Shown piece by piece: positions 22,316-34,184 of a DNA stretch of 39,413 nt. The translations under genes and the position numbers were made by a program. The stretch comes from Pontimonas sp. GTDB lineage: Bacteria; Actinomycetota; Actinomycetes; Actinomycetales; Microbacteriaceae. Position 1 is the stretch's first letter. The number at the start of each line of letters is the position of its first letter. Location: the NCBI GenBank assembly GCA_021741925.1, contig JAIOWW010000001.1:1-39413 (forward strand). Reading direction: 5' to 3'. Below the pieces are notes generated by a model, which did no database searches, was not told the DNA's origin, and saw nothing but the letters and a program-made list of their open reading frames with translations.

Positions 22316-22941
22316 TAGTTTGTGCCAATCATGTCGAAATAGGACTGAAGTAATGCGGCTCGTGAGTTCACACCTGGATGTTGAGCGATGCCCAGACGCT
22401 TCAACATCCTGTTGATCGTCTTCGAGATCGAGTCCTCTGTGACGGAGAGCTCCTCGGCAATGGCGTGGTTCGAGAGACCCTTCGCGACCAGACGGAGGAC
22501 TGCTATCTGGCCGGAGGTCAGATTGATGGAAGGAAGCTCACCTACCTCCGCTTTGGTGGCTTTGTCTATCGACACCGTTATTGCCTCTGCTAGTTGAGCA
22601 GTTGATTCCACCTGTTGCTTGATCAGATACACGACACCAGCGGGCGCACTCACGAGGCTTTCCGAGTGAAGCCGGGGGTCGCCGTATGCGCTGAGAACGA
22701 CTATGCCCAATTTGGGAAAGCTCGCTCGAAGGCTTTCTGCGATGTCAAGACCCGTGGGGCCTGGACCAAAATCTAGGTCGGTCACGAGAGCGTCGGGTTT
22801 GAGTTTTTTCACCAATGCCACAGCTTCTGCCGCAGTCTTGCCGCGACCCACGACGGAAATGCCATGGGACAGGAGTGAGTCGGATACTCCTTGAAGGGTC
22901 AAACTGTGGTCATCGGCAACCACCACGCTCAGAGTATTCAC
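22315..22941 (-). CDS. NarL/LuxR-family response regulator
   Basis: Receiver domain (ADDH, LVTDLD, VLSAY, YLIK) and HTH LT..QIAVLRLVAKGLSNHAIAEEL. Confidence 0.92.
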   Translation of the reverse strand: MNTLSVVVADDHSLTLQGVSDSLLSHGISVVGRGKTAAEAVALVKKLKPDALVTDLDFGPGPTGLDIAESLRASFPKLGIVVLSAYGDPRLHSESLVSAPAGVVYLIKQQVESTAQLAEAITVSIDKATKAEVGELPSINLTSGQIAVLRLVAKGLSNHAIAEELSVTEDSISKTINRMLKRLGIAQHPGVNSRAALLQSYFDMIGTN

Positions 22942-23036
22942 GACTCCGAGTATGTCCCATGTAGGACTCTTGGAAGAAGTGAGAGGGGCCAGATTGTGGG
23001 GTAATCGGTAGACTTGGCAAGTTGTTCAGGCCTTAG

Positions 23037-24335
<1,299 letters not shown>

Positions 24336-24367
24336 CACCGGGCTTGTCGGCTCGGTAGGGTCGCTCT

Positions 24368-24661
24368 ATGGATTCGATTCCCCCTGAGCTTCATCAGTTG
24401 CGCAAAAGCATTGACAACATTGATGCGGCACTCATCCATTTGCTTGCGGAGCGTTTTCGCACGACCCAGCAGGTCGGAAAGCTGAAGGCGGATCTCTCCA
24501 TGCCTCCCTCGGATCCTTCTCGCGAAGCTGCGCAGATTGAGCGTCTGAGGAATCTCGCGAAGGAGGCTGACTTGGATCCCGAATTCGCCGAAAAGTTTCT
24601 GGGATTCATCCTTGCTGAGGTGATTCAGCACCACCAGCAGTTAGCTGCTGGCGAGGGGTAA
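24368..24661 (+). CDS. Chorismate mutase (stand-alone AroQ type)
   Basis: LRKSIDNIDAALIHLLAERF and DPSRE motifs; TAGGGT-N6-ATG leaderless start. Confidence 0.9.
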   Translation: MDSIPPELHQLRKSIDNIDAALIHLLAERFRTTQQVGKLKADLSMPPSDPSREAAQIERLRNLAKEADLDPEFAEKFLGFILAEVIQHHQQLAAGEG

Positions 24662-25267
24662 TTCTCGATAAAGGTCGCTGGCAACCTCTATCAGTCGCTC
24701 AATGAGCGCGTCATCTCTCTCCACGACCACGAACTTGGGTCCAGGCCAACCGGGAACCATCTCGCCCATCTTTTTCTCGCGCAACATCCAGCCAAAAACG
24801 CAGGCGCTGGCACCGGTCACATAGAGCTGCCACTGAACTTGACGGTGGTAGTTCCCCGGGACGTGCCGCCATTCGCCCCAATCGCGACCGGTGGTTTTGA
24901 CCTCCGCGATGAGATCGTGACCGGGTGAGAGCCCATCGGGGGTGGCCATTTGCCAGCGCAACTCTTCAGCGTCCTTAGCGATAAGCCAGTCGTTGGGCTC
25001 GAGCTCGAACTGTGTGGCGAGCTTGTCGATTAACGACGCTTCCTGTTCGCGACCAAACCGCATGTAATCGTTGTCGGGGATGGGTGTGGGATTGCGAATC
25101 TGTCCCACCACCTCCCGGAAACCCTCGGGTGTTACCGCTTTTGCGACTGCTGTTGCCGTGACTCCGGTGGCTCGGACGGCGAGCCAAGCGTCGTAATCAG
25201 CAGAGGACACAAGGAAGCGTGAGGAGTCAATCATGAGTGATTCCACCGTATCGGGGTCCTGGGACAC
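24641..25267 (-). CDS. YqaJ-like (lambda-exonuclease family) nuclease
   Basis: WLAVRATGVTAT, ATPDG, EVKT and YHRQVQWQL match the PD-(D/E)xK YqaJ pattern. Confidence 0.85.
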   Translation of the reverse strand: MSQDPDTVESLMIDSSRFLVSSADYDAWLAVRATGVTATAVAKAVTPEGFREVVGQIRNPTPIPDNDYMRFGREQEASLIDKLATQFELEPNDWLIAKDAEELRWQMATPDGLSPGHDLIAEVKTTGRDWGEWRHVPGNYHRQVQWQLYVTGASACVFGWMLREKKMGEMVPGWPGPKFVVVERDDALIERLIEVASDLYRELPLASS

Positions 25268-25285
25268 TCACGAGCGACGCGGCGC

Positions 25286-27583
25286 TCAGTGCTGGTAGCC
25301 CACAACGGGACCAAGAACTCTCGGAAGAGTTCCCCGGTGAAGTGCATCGAGCTCTTCCAGGTCGAAGCTGAAGTGGTCGGCGATGTCGAGGCCTCGGAGG
25401 GATACGTCGGTGACTCCGACTCTGGCTACTGGCACCCCGCGCCCTTCACACAATCCGCGGAACTTTACGTCGTCCTCTCGAGCGACGCTCACCACCATGC
25501 GTGCCACGGACTCTGAGAACAATGCTTCCGTGATGTCCAGATTCCCATCTTCCATAACCTCAGACAGCCAGACCCGCGCCCCCACACCTCGACGCAGTAC
25601 TCCTTCCACGAGGGTCTGGATGAGTCCCCCCGTTGAGACATCGTGAGCGCTCGTGACGAGGCCATCTTTAGCCGCTACCACCATGAGCCCCGCCAGCGCC
25701 TTCTCGGCAGCAAGATCGGGTACCGGGGGCATCCCGCCCAGGTGGTGATGAATTACATCAGCCCAGGCTGACCCGTCAAGCTCCGCGCGCGTGGTTCCCA
25801 GGAGGTACAGATTCTCTCCGTCGTCCTGCCAACCACTGGGTAATCTGCGCTCTACCGTGTCGATGACTCCCATGACGGAGACCACTGGAGTGGGATGAAT
25901 GGGAGTGGTCCCGGTTTGGTTGTAGAGGCTCACATTCCCACCAGTGACCGGGACCCCGAGCTCCATGCAGGCATCCGCCAAACCACGGACAGCTTCGGCA
26001 AACTGCCACATCACTTCTGGGTCTTCTGGGCTCCCAAAGTTCAAGCAATCACTGACGGCACGTGGGTCAGCTCCGGTAGCGGCAACATTGCGATAAGCCT
26101 CCGACAGGGCCAACTGGGCTCCCGTGTAGGGGTCCAGGTAGCTGTATCGGCCATTGGCATCTGTTGCGAGTGCGACCCCGAGGCCTGACTCTTCGTCAAC
26201 GCGAATCATTCCCGCGTCATCGGGGAACGCCAAAGCGGTGTTACCCATGACGTAGCGGTCATATTGGTTAGTAATCCATTCGGGGTTCGCGAGGTTTGGT
26301 GAGGCGAGCACCTGGGTGACCTGGTCCCTCAGCCCTTCGGGAGTTTCTGCTCGTGGCTTCTTGGCAAGAGAGTCGGCCTGGACGCTATCCAGCCATGCGG
26401 GCCGGTGGTAGGGGCGCTCATAGACCGGCGAATCAATGGCCACAGTTTTGGGGTCAACATCGACGATGGTTTCACCCTGCCAGTGGATAATCAGTCGACC
26501 GGTGTCCGTGACTTCGCCCAACACACTCGTCTCCACCTCCCACTTGCCCGTGATGGCGAGGAAGTCATCAAGCTTCTCGGGCCGAACAATAGCCATCATC
26601 CGCTCTTGACTCTCGGACATCAGAATCTCTTCAGCGGTGAGAGTGTCATCGCGCAGAAGAACATGGTCGAGTGTGACCTCCATACCGCTGTCACCATTGG
26701 CAGCAAGCTCAGAGGTGGCACAACTAATACCTGCCGCACCAAGGTCTTGAATACCTTCGACCACACCCTGGTGGAAGAGCTCTAAACAGCACTCAATGAG
26801 TACTTTCTCTGCGAAGGGGTCTCCCACCTGAACAGAAGGTCGTTTGGTGGGGCCGCCCTCATCGAAGGTTTCGCTGGCAAGAATCGAGGCTCCCCCGATT
26901 CCATCTCCCCCGGTTCGAGCCCCAAACAGAACCACCTTGTTGCCGGCGCCCTTCGCATTAGCGAGGTGCAAGTCTTCGTGCCGGAGAACACCGACGGCCA
27001 GCGCATTCACCAGAGGGTTGTTCTGGTAGACCGGGTCAAACCAGGTTTCACCACCGATGTTGGGTAGGCCCAGGCAGTTGCCATAAAAACTGATGCCACT
27101 CACTACACCCGGCGCAACTCGCTGGGTGTCCGGGTGATCCAATGCCCCGAATCGCAAAGCATCCATGACTGCAACGGGCCTCGCCCCCATGGAGATAATG
27201 TCGCGGACGATACCCCCGACTCCGGTTGCAGCACCCTGGAATGGTTCGATGAAGCTGGGGTGATTGTGGCTCTCGATCTTGAAGGTGACGGCCCAACCCT
27301 CACCGATGTCGACAACTCCAGCGTTCTCGCCCATGCCGACCATGAGATGGGTGCGCATGTCGTCGGTTACCTTTTGACCGAACTGACGAAGGTGAACTTT
27401 GGAGGACTTGTAGGAGCAGTGCTCGCTCCACATCACCGAATACATGGCCAGCTCGCCTGAGGTAGGCCTGCGACCTAGGAGCCGACGAATTTCCTCGTAC
27501 TCATCCTTTTTCAGGCCGAGTGCCTCATAGGGTTGCTCTTTTTCGGGAGTGTTCTGGGCCTGGGTGACCGAATCAACGCTCAT
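25286..27583 (-). CDS. purL: Phosphoribosylformylglycinamidine synthase subunit PurL
   Basis: [18 protein letters not shown] and SESQERM motifs; start set at ATG 27583 (ATGA overlap). Confidence 0.97.
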   Translation of the reverse strand: MSVDSVTQAQNTPEKEQPYEALGLKKDEYEEIRRLLGRRPTSGELAMYSVMWSEHCSYKSSKVHLRQFGQKVTDDMRTHLMVGMGENAGVVDIGEGWAVTFKIESHNHPSFIEPFQGAATGVGGIVRDIISMGARPVAVMDALRFGALDHPDTQRVAPGVVSGISFYGNCLGLPNIGGETWFDPVYQNNPLVNALAVGVLRHEDLHLANAKGAGNKVVLFGARTGGDGIGGASILASETFDEGGPTKRPSVQVGDPFAEKVLIECCLELFHQGVVEGIQDLGAAGISCATSELAANGDSGMEVTLDHVLLRDDTLTAEEILMSESQERMMAIVRPEKLDDFLAITGKWEVETSVLGEVTDTGRLIIHWQGETIVDVDPKTVAIDSPVYERPYHRPAWLDSVQADSLAKKPRAETPEGLRDQVTQVLASPNLANPEWITNQYDRYVMGNTALAFPDDAGMIRVDEESGLGVALATDANGRYSYLDPYTGAQLALSEAYRNVAATGADPRAVSDCLNFGSPEDPEVMWQFAEAVRGLADACMELGVPVTGGNVSLYNQTGTTPIHPTPVVSVMGVIDTVERRLPSGWQDDGENLYLLGTTRAELDGSAWADVIHHHLGGMPPVPDLAAEKALAGLMVVAAKDGLVTSAHDVSTGGLIQTLVEGVLRRGVGARVWLSEVMEDGNLDITEALFSESVARMVVSVAREDDVKFRGLCEGRGVPVARVGVTDVSLRGLDIADHFSFDLEELDALHRGTLPRVLGPVVGYQH

Positions 27584-28056
27584 GATGCACTGCCCCATTC
27601 GGTGGGCGGGCCGAGGGAAAGTAGCACGCTGATGACCAAGGCCATTCCGATCACGATGGTCGCAAACGACCAGAGGGGATGTCGCAAACCCAGCCGCACG
27701 AGCCGGTCCAGCCAGTGGTGATCCCTAGGGTCACCGGTGTCCTCGAGACGCCACTCACCCTCGAGCTTGTTCCTTTTCTCCAACCACCGGTCAAAGGGCC
27801 AGGTTGCCCAGGGCGGAATGGCCGAGAGGATGGCCACCACGATGGTTCCGAAGCTCCAACGCAGGTTGATGCCGATAATGACCGCGGTGACGCAGTAGGC
27901 CAGGAAGACAATTCCGTGGCTGAGACCCGCCACAAAAAACAGCGGGCCGTCGTAGGCGAAACCGTAACGGGCCACCATGGCGATGATGAGGAGAGTCCAG
28001 GTCGCCATTTCAGCGAGCGCCATGACTCGATAGAGCGACCCGGGTGTCTTCGTCAC
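27580..28056 (-). CDS. Small membrane protein (DUF3817-like)
   Basis: YR..A.AE..TW..L, HG..F..Y and AIPPWATW patterns; overlaps both purQ and purL by 4 nt. Confidence 0.78.
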   Translation of the reverse strand: MTKTPGSLYRVMALAEMATWTLLIIAMVARYGFAYDGPLFFVAGLSHGIVFLAYCVTAVIIGINLRWSFGTIVVAILSAIPPWATWPFDRWLEKRNKLEGEWRLEDTGDPRDHHWLDRLVRLGLRHPLWSFATIVIGMALVISVLLSLGPPTEWGSAS

Positions 28057-28748
28057 GCGTTCACGACCTGTGTCAGAACTGACTGAAACATCCGCAGACC
28101 ATCCGTGCCGGACTTCATCGCCACATCTGTGTCAGGGCCAAATCCAGCCTCCACCGCGTGCTCGGGGTGAGGCATCAAACCCACAATGCGCCCCGTCTCG
28201 TTGCGCAAACCAGCGATGTCGTTCGCGGATCCGTTCGGGTTGACTTCCAGGTAGCGAAAAGCCACCAGGCTCTCGCCTTCAATTCGCTTGAGGGATTCGT
28301 CATCCGCGATGAACCCACCCTCACCGTTTTTGAGGGGAATGACAATTTCTTCGTGGGCGTCATATCCACTGGTCCACGCAGTTTCGGTGTTCTCTACCCG
28401 CAGTTTCTGATCTCGGCAAATGAAATCTCCATGGTCGTTTCGCACCAACCCGCCGGGGAGGAGACCTGCTTCGACCAAAATTTGGAAGCCGTTACAGATA
28501 CCCAAAATCGGGAGGCCCTTCTTAGCTTCGCTGACCACCTCCGACATGATCGGCGAGTGCGCGGCAATCGCCCCACAGCGGAGGTAGTCCCCGTAGCTAA
28601 AGCCTCCAGGGAGGACGAGGGCATCGACGCCCTCGAGGTCATGCGTGCCGTGCCACAGGGGGACAGGGGTGCCGCCGGCTAGGCGGACGGCGCGGAGCGC
28701 GTCACGATCATCGAGTGATCCAGGGAAAGTGACAACCCCGACTCTCAT
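28053..28748 (-). CDS. purQ: FGAM synthase glutaminase subunit PurQ
   Basis: [22 protein letters not shown] and MPHPE motifs. Confidence 0.97.
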   Translation of the reverse strand: MRVGVVTFPGSLDDRDALRAVRLAGGTPVPLWHGTHDLEGVDALVLPGGFSYGDYLRCGAIAAHSPIMSEVVSEAKKGLPILGICNGFQILVEAGLLPGGLVRNDHGDFICRDQKLRVENTETAWTSGYDAHEEIVIPLKNGEGGFIADDESLKRIEGESLVAFRYLEVNPNGSANDIAGLRNETGRIVGLMPHPEHAVEAGFGPDTDVAMKSGTDGLRMFQSVLTQVVNA

Positions 28749-29002
28749 GCCGGGGAGTCCTCCACCCGAACGTCCAGAACATCTTCGATCACGCCATTCG
28801 AGAGCAGGTCATCCGCCATCTTTCGGGCGTCAGCGAGGTGAGACTCTGTCACTGCGCCGTCAACGTGAAGTTCGAAGCGCTTGCCAATGCGCACTTCGTG
28901 GAAGCCCTCAATCCCGCTGCGGTGAAGAGCACCGAGGACGGCTTTTCCTGCTGGGTCAAGGAGTTCGCGCTTGGGCATGACTTCGACGACGATGATGGCC
29001 AC
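28745..29002 (-). CDS. purS: FGAM synthase subunit PurS
   Basis: [18 protein letters not shown] and LLSNGVIED motifs. Confidence 0.95.
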   Translation of the reverse strand: MAIIVVEVMPKRELLDPAGKAVLGALHRSGIEGFHEVRIGKRFELHVDGAVTESHLADARKMADDLLSNGVIEDVLDVRVEDSPA

Positions 29003-29049
29003 TAATCACGCTCCGAGAACTTGGCTCCGCAGTACACAGCGAGCCCAGT

Positions 29050-29835
29050 CTATCGAGCGCCTATCGCCTCCAGTGCGCCACGCTCGAGAGCGTCCTCAAG
29101 TGCGAATCGAGCCCAGTCTCGGTAACCATCTTCACTGGGATGGAAACCATCCACTGCGAAGAAAGTGTCGTGGTAGCCCGGTGGCGGGGGAGACATCATC
29201 GCGAAAGGGAACGACTCGATCATCGGCCGGATAGATCGCTCAATCGCCTGAGCATGTGCGTAGATGATGGACCTCAGGGGCTGAGGCAGTGTCGGGAAAA
29301 GGTAAAACGCCGGCAGCGCGGAGAAAATCAGCACAGCTCGGGGATGTCCTTCATGCAGGGTCTTCACCAAACGCTCGAATCGAGACACTGTTGCTCCCAG
29401 CGGTTTGAGATCTTTTGCATCATTCGCACCGAGCGAAACAATCACCATGTCTGCCGGCGTGGCAAGAGCGGGCGTCAGGAAGCTGCGAAGGATGTCTTTG
29501 GAGGTAGCCCCGCTTTCACCTACGGATCGCCAGGACACACCTCGCTGGGTCCTCTCATGCAGGGCGAGGGAAAATTGGGGGACCAGACCATGCAGGGGGT
29601 CCTTCACTCCTACCCCCGCAATTGTGGAGTCACCGACACCGAGAACCGAGAGCGGAGACGGACCGGGCCTCTCGCCTTCCCAGGGACTGGGAGCGTGCGG
29701 AAGCCTCGGAACCTGCCTGCGCACCCACTTTCCCTGCGCGTACAGCAGGGGGGATAACCCCAGAGCGACAGGCCATGCCGCCCGGTGCACCACCGTGGGT
29801 GCTTCCAGGGGCTGGCGCGGGGGGCGTAATGACAT
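29050..29835 (-). CDS. SGNH/GDSL-family hydrolase
   Basis: GDST, SGAT, LGAND and DGFHP catalytic blocks. Confidence 0.9.
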   Translation of the reverse strand: MSLRPPRQPLEAPTVVHRAAWPVALGLSPLLYAQGKWVRRQVPRLPHAPSPWEGERPGPSPLSVLGVGDSTIAGVGVKDPLHGLVPQFSLALHERTQRGVSWRSVGESGATSKDILRSFLTPALATPADMVIVSLGANDAKDLKPLGATVSRFERLVKTLHEGHPRAVLIFSALPAFYLFPTLPQPLRSIIYAHAQAIERSIRPMIESFPFAMMSPPPPGYHDTFFAVDGFHPSEDGYRDWARFALEDALERGALEAIGAR

Positions 29836-30719
29836 CAGAGAGCAGTATTGATGGTGTTCCCGGTAAGTCGCTGATAGAGCTCCCGGTATCGAGCCATGGT
29901 GTGAGCAACAAGGTCTTCTGGCAGAGGGGGCGGTGGCCCTTGTTGGTCCCAGTTCTCCTGGAGCCAGTTGCGAATAAGTTGCTTATCAAAGCTATCGAGC
30001 CGATTCATTCCACCTTGGGAATATATAGCGCCGTCCCAGTAGCGGCTGCTGTCGGAGGTGAGGACTTCATCACCGAGCGTGATTGTCCCGGTGGAGCGGT
30101 GGCGCCCAAACTCGAGCTTTGTGTCGGCGAGGATGACACCGCGTTCCCGCGCGATGTCTGAAGCCCTCGAGTACAGCGAGAGACTCAGGTCTCGCAGTGT
30201 CTTGGCATCGTCTTCCCCGATCAGGTCTGCCATCTGGTCGAAAGAGATATTCTCGTCGTGGTCTCCGACGGCCGCTTTGGTGGCAGGGGTAAACAGTGGT
30301 TCGGGGAGTTTGTCGCCCTGGGCTAGTCCTGGTGGCAACTCAATTCCGCACACCCGCGATGTAGCTTGGTACTCCTTCCAGCCACTACCGGCAAGGTAGC
30401 CACGGACGACGCATTCGACGGGGAACATGTCAAGAGGCTCGACGACCATCGCGCGGTCGGCGATCTCGTGGGGAGGATCTTCATCCCTCAGGTGATTCGG
30501 GACATCATCGAGCTGTGTGAACCACCAGCGAGTGAGCGAGGTGAGAATTGCACCCTTGCCAGGAATCTCTGGACTCAAGATGTGGTCAAAAGCGCTCACC
30601 CTGTCGGTTGCCACTATGAGCAGCGTTTCAGCATCTTGGAGAGTAGATGCCGATTCTGGAATATATAGCTCTCGAACTTTGCCTGAGTAGACCGGAGCCC
30701 AACCCGTTATGTCTGTCAT
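29835..30719 (-). CDS. purC: SAICAR synthase
   Basis: SGKVRELY, TDRVSAFD, ECVVRGY, ILADTKLEFG and DEVLTSDSSRYW motifs. Confidence 0.97.
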   Translation of the reverse strand: MTDITGWAPVYSGKVRELYIPESASTLQDAETLLIVATDRVSAFDHILSPEIPGKGAILTSLTRWWFTQLDDVPNHLRDEDPPHEIADRAMVVEPLDMFPVECVVRGYLAGSGWKEYQATSRVCGIELPPGLAQGDKLPEPLFTPATKAAVGDHDENISFDQMADLIGEDDAKTLRDLSLSLYSRASDIARERGVILADTKLEFGRHRSTGTITLGDEVLTSDSSRYWDGAIYSQGGMNRLDSFDKQLIRNWLQENWDQQGPPPPLPEDLVAHTMARYRELYQRLTGNTINTAL

Positions 30720-31966
30720 GACACGACGCGCAGGGCGATGTCACGACGGAAGTGCGAGCCTTCCAAACCAATTCTCTCCAACGTTGCATAGGCCGACTCC
30801 CGGGCGTCGGCAAACGTTGCTCCGGTGGCGATCACGCTCATGACTCGTCCTCCTGTGGCCAACAGGTCTGAGCCATCCCATGCTGTTGCAGCGTGAGAGA
30901 TGCTGATATTCGGGTCGTCCGGGAGGGCGTCCAAGCCCAGAATCTCTCTGCCGGTGACGGGGTTCTCGGGGTATCCCTCGCTCGCCAACACCACAGTCAG
31001 AGCGCAGCGGTCGCTGAAGCGGGGAGGCTCGACGCTCTCAAGTACCTCGGTTGCTGCCGCATAGAGCAGGGGCGCAAGGGGTGACTCAAGGCGAGCGAGC
31101 ACGACCTGGGTCTCAGGATCCCCGAAGCGCGCATTGAACTCGATGACCTTCACCCCATCGTCGGTGACGATAAGCCCGCAGTAGAGCAGTCCAATGAACG
31201 GTGTTCCTCGTTGAGCAAGCTCGTCCACCACGGGCTGGGCAATCGTGCTGGCGACACTCTCCACAAAGCCCTCATCCAGCCACGGGAGGGGAGAGTAGGC
31301 GCCCATTCCACCCGTGTTGGGGCCCTCATCGCCATCGAAGGCCCGCTTGTAATCTTGCGCAGGGGTTAGGGGAACAATGCGGTGGCCATCGCTGACAAAA
31401 AATAACGACACTTCCGGCCCCGCCAGGAATTCTTCGACAAGGACATCTCCGTGCTGGAGATAGAAGGTCGCGTGTTCGATTGCAGCCTCGCGGTCCTCCG
31501 TAACCAAAACGCCTTTGCCTGCAGCGAGGCCGTCCGCCTTGGCAACGTAGGGAGCTCCCGCGGCGTCAAGAGCAGTGGTGAGCTCATCGTGAGTGGACAC
31601 CGTCCATGCTTTGCCGGTGGGGACTCCAGCTGAGGCCATAATGTCTTTCGCAAAAGACTTGGATCCCTCAATTGCGGCGGCTTCTTTGTCCGGTCCGAAT
31701 ACTGCGACACCCGCGGTGCGCAACGCGTTTGCGACACCGGAGACGAGCGGTGCTTCTGGGCCAATGGTGACGAGGTCAACATCGGAGGTCACGGCGAACT
31801 CGGTGACCACTTTCGGATTCGCAGGATTGAGGCCAACAATCTCTGCATCGGCAGAGATTCCGGCGTTACCGGGGGCGGCAAGAATCTCGTGTTCTTCCGG
31901 GTCTCGACGAAGAGCCTTGATAATCGTGTGCTCTCTGGCACCTGACCCGATGACCAAAATCTTCAC
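30716..31966 (-). CDS. purD: Phosphoribosylamine-glycine ligase
   Basis: [28 protein letters not shown] and [12 protein letters not shown] motifs. Confidence 0.98.
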   Translation of the reverse strand: MKILVIGSGAREHTIIKALRRDPEEHEILAAPGNAGISADAEIVGLNPANPKVVTEFAVTSDVDLVTIGPEAPLVSGVANALRTAGVAVFGPDKEAAAIEGSKSFAKDIMASAGVPTGKAWTVSTHDELTTALDAAGAPYVAKADGLAAGKGVLVTEDREAAIEHATFYLQHGDVLVEEFLAGPEVSLFFVSDGHRIVPLTPAQDYKRAFDGDEGPNTGGMGAYSPLPWLDEGFVESVASTIAQPVVDELAQRGTPFIGLLYCGLIVTDDGVKVIEFNARFGDPETQVVLARLESPLAPLLYAAATEVLESVEPPRFSDRCALTVVLASEGYPENPVTGREILGLDALPDDPNISISHAATAWDGSDLLATGGRVMSVIATGATFADARESAYATLERIGLEGSHFRRDIALRVVS

Positions 31967-32006
31967 GCGCTTACCCTACCCGCGGGAGATTGCTAGCGTG
32001 TGAGAC
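31967..32006. promoter_or_regulatory. Back-to-back leaderless promoters for purD and the SCP-like gene
   Basis: Minus strand TAGGGT-N6-GTG (31978-31973); plus strand TAGCGT-N7-GTG (31994-31999). Confidence 0.7.
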
Positions 32007-32369
32007 GTGGCAGCCCGACGCATCCCTGACGACGCTGGAATGGACGCTGTGAGGCGGTGGGAGAAGGGACTGGACCAGCCCGAGGTCGAAGCTCTCGCCG
32101 TGCGGTTCACTCTGCAAATGCTGCGCCAGAAGGCTCCAGGTTCGAGCGTGGAGGTCCGCGTTCCACCGTGGGGGGCAGTGCAAGCCGTTGAGGGGCCGAC
32201 CCACACTCGAGGAACTCCTCCCGCCGTCGTCGAGATGCCTCCGGCGGTGTGGTTACAGATAGCCACAGGAGCTCAGACCTTTGAACAGGCTCTGACTCAG
32301 GGACACATTCGCGCGTCTGGAGAGCGCTCAAATCTCTCAGCCTGGTTGCCGCTAGTCCCGTTACCCTGA
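32007..32369 (+). CDS. Bacterial sterol-carrier (SCP)-like family protein
   Basis: APGSSVEVRVPP and GPTHTRGTPPAVVEM..ASGER motifs, which I recognise from the small actinobacterial protein found near purF. Confidence 0.85.
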   Translation: MAARRIPDDAGMDAVRRWEKGLDQPEVEALAVRFTLQMLRQKAPGSSVEVRVPPWGAVQAVEGPTHTRGTPPAVVEMPPAVWLQIATGAQTFEQALTQGHIRASGERSNLSAWLPLVPLP

Positions 32370-32373
32370 GTCC

Positions 32374-32667
32374 ATGGCCACAGAAAAACCACGACGCGAG
32401 CAGACTGTGACGATACGACGCTCGCCTCGCCTCGCCGCGTTCGTGGTGGTGTTTGGTGTTCTCGGTTTTGTGGGAACTCTCGTGGTGACCGGCCTTTTTC
32501 AGGCCGACCCGTCAATAGGGTTCGTCGCGCTGTTCGCCTATTTTTCGCTATACGGCATCAGCGGATCCATCGCCGTAGGGATCGTTCTGTGGCTGATTAT
32601 GGACATGCGTTCCAAGCGCAGACTCACCGAGGCCGTCATGGCTCGAGAACCGGACGCTAGGAGCTAG
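32374..32667 (+). CDS. Small two-TM hypothetical membrane protein
   Basis: 97 aa, IRRSPR followed by two hydrophobic helices; fills the gap between the SCP-like gene and purF. Confidence 0.75.
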   Translation: MATEKPRREQTVTIRRSPRLAAFVVVFGVLGFVGTLVVTGLFQADPSIGFVALFAYFSLYGISGSIAVGIVLWLIMDMRSKRRLTEAVMAREPDARS

Positions 32668-34121
32668 CTGGCCTGGTTAGTCTCCACCCAGGAGAGGTAC
32701 TCCTCGCTCACGGTTCCGGTGACGTACTCTCCGGTGAAGCAACTCATGTCCAGTTCGGTCACGTCGGAGCCTTCGAGAATTGCGTCGCGCATGTCCTCAA
32801 CTTCTTGATAAATCAGGTGGTCCGCCCCAATTTCGCGCGCGATCTCGGGAATGGTGCGCCCCGAGGCGACCAGTTCGCCCTTGTTGGGCATATTGATGCC
32901 ATAAACGTGCGGGAATCGAACGGGCGGAGCTGCCGAGGTGAAGGTGACGCTTGTGGCTCCGGCTTCGCGGGCCATTTCCACGATTTCTCGTGACGTGGTT
33001 CCCCGCACAATCGAGTCATCGACGATGAGCACGTTCTTTCCGGCGAACTCACTGGACATCGCGTTCAACTTTTGCCGAACACTCTTGGTTCGCTGGGCTT
33101 GCCCCGGCATGATGAAGGTTCGACCGACGTACTTGTTCTTGTAGAAGCCTTCGCGGTACTCGATGCCAAGCTTTCTGGCAACCTGCATGGCAGCGGGGCG
33201 AGCAGAATCAGGAATCGGCATCACCACATCGATGCTGTCGGTGGGGGCATAGCGCGCGATGGTGTCTGCGAGCTTGTCACCCAGGCGAAGCCTGGCCTCA
33301 TAGACCGAGATGCCGTTCATAATCGAGTCTGGTCTGGCTAGGTATACATATTCAAAGGAGCAGGGCACTAATCGAGGGTTCTCCGCGCACTGCTGGGAAT
33401 AGAGGGTTCCTTCGCGGGAGATGAAGATTGCCTCGCCAGGTTCAACATCCCGAACGATGTCATACCCGGAGGCTTCAAGAACGAGGGATTCACTCGCCAC
33501 AATCCATTCATCTCCCACAAGTCCGGCTTGGCGGCGTCCCAGGATGAGCGGTCGAATTCCAAAGGGATCGCGGAATGCCAAAATCCCGTGACCTGCGATG
33601 ACCGCAATCGCCGCGTAAGAGCCTTCCACGCGACGATGCAGCGCGGTGACTGCCGCAAAAGCGGTCTCGGCGGTGAAGGATGTTCCTGACTCGGCAGACT
33701 GTAATTCACTGGCCAACACGTTGACCAACATTTCTGTGTCAGATGTGGTGTTGAGGTGCCGGCGATCCTTGTCTGCGAGTTCCTTGGTGAGTTCACGGGT
33801 GTTGGTGAGATTCCCGTTGTGGACCAACACGATTCCGTAGGGTGCGTTCACGTAGAACGGTTGCGCCTCTTGTTCCTTCTTGGCGTTGCCTCGCGTGGCA
33901 TAGCGCACGTGACCTAGCCCAATAGTTCCCATGAGGGTCCGCATGTCCCGGGTTCGATAACCCTCACGAACCTGACCCTTAGATTTATGAACATGCAGGG
34001 TCTGCTCATCCGAGGTGGCAATTCCGGTGGAATCTTGACCACGGTGCTGCAGTAGGGCTAGAGCGTCATACACCTGTTGGTTGACGGGTGACGACGAAAC
34101 AATTCCCACGATCCCGCACAT
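32664..34121 (-). CDS. purF: Amidophosphoribosyltransferase
   Basis: Start set at MCGIVG (Ntn Cys); QHRGQD, GHVRYAT, HNGN and VDDSIVRGTT motifs. Confidence 0.98.
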   Translation of the reverse strand: MCGIVGIVSSSPVNQQVYDALALLQHRGQDSTGIATSDEQTLHVHKSKGQVREGYRTRDMRTLMGTIGLGHVRYATRGNAKKEQEAQPFYVNAPYGIVLVHNGNLTNTRELTKELADKDRRHLNTTSDTEMLVNVLASELQSAESGTSFTAETAFAAVTALHRRVEGSYAAIAVIAGHGILAFRDPFGIRPLILGRRQAGLVGDEWIVASESLVLEASGYDIVRDVEPGEAIFISREGTLYSQQCAENPRLVPCSFEYVYLARPDSIMNGISVYEARLRLGDKLADTIARYAPTDSIDVVMPIPDSARPAAMQVARKLGIEYREGFYKNKYVGRTFIMPGQAQRTKSVRQKLNAMSSEFAGKNVLIVDDSIVRGTTSREIVEMAREAGATSVTFTSAAPPVRFPHVYGINMPNKGELVASGRTIPEIAREIGADHLIYQEVEDMRDAILEGSDVTELDMSCFTGEYVTGTVSEEYLSWVETNQAS

Positions 34122-34184
34122 TGAAGGGGGCATCTCCTCGTCTTGCAGCCGATGATACGACAAGCCTACCGGGCAATCGCGAGC

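Noticed and set aside
22945-22970. GTCC-N6-GGAC palindrome upstream of the response regulator
   Set aside because: A 4-bp arm in GC-rich DNA is too weak to call without comparative data.
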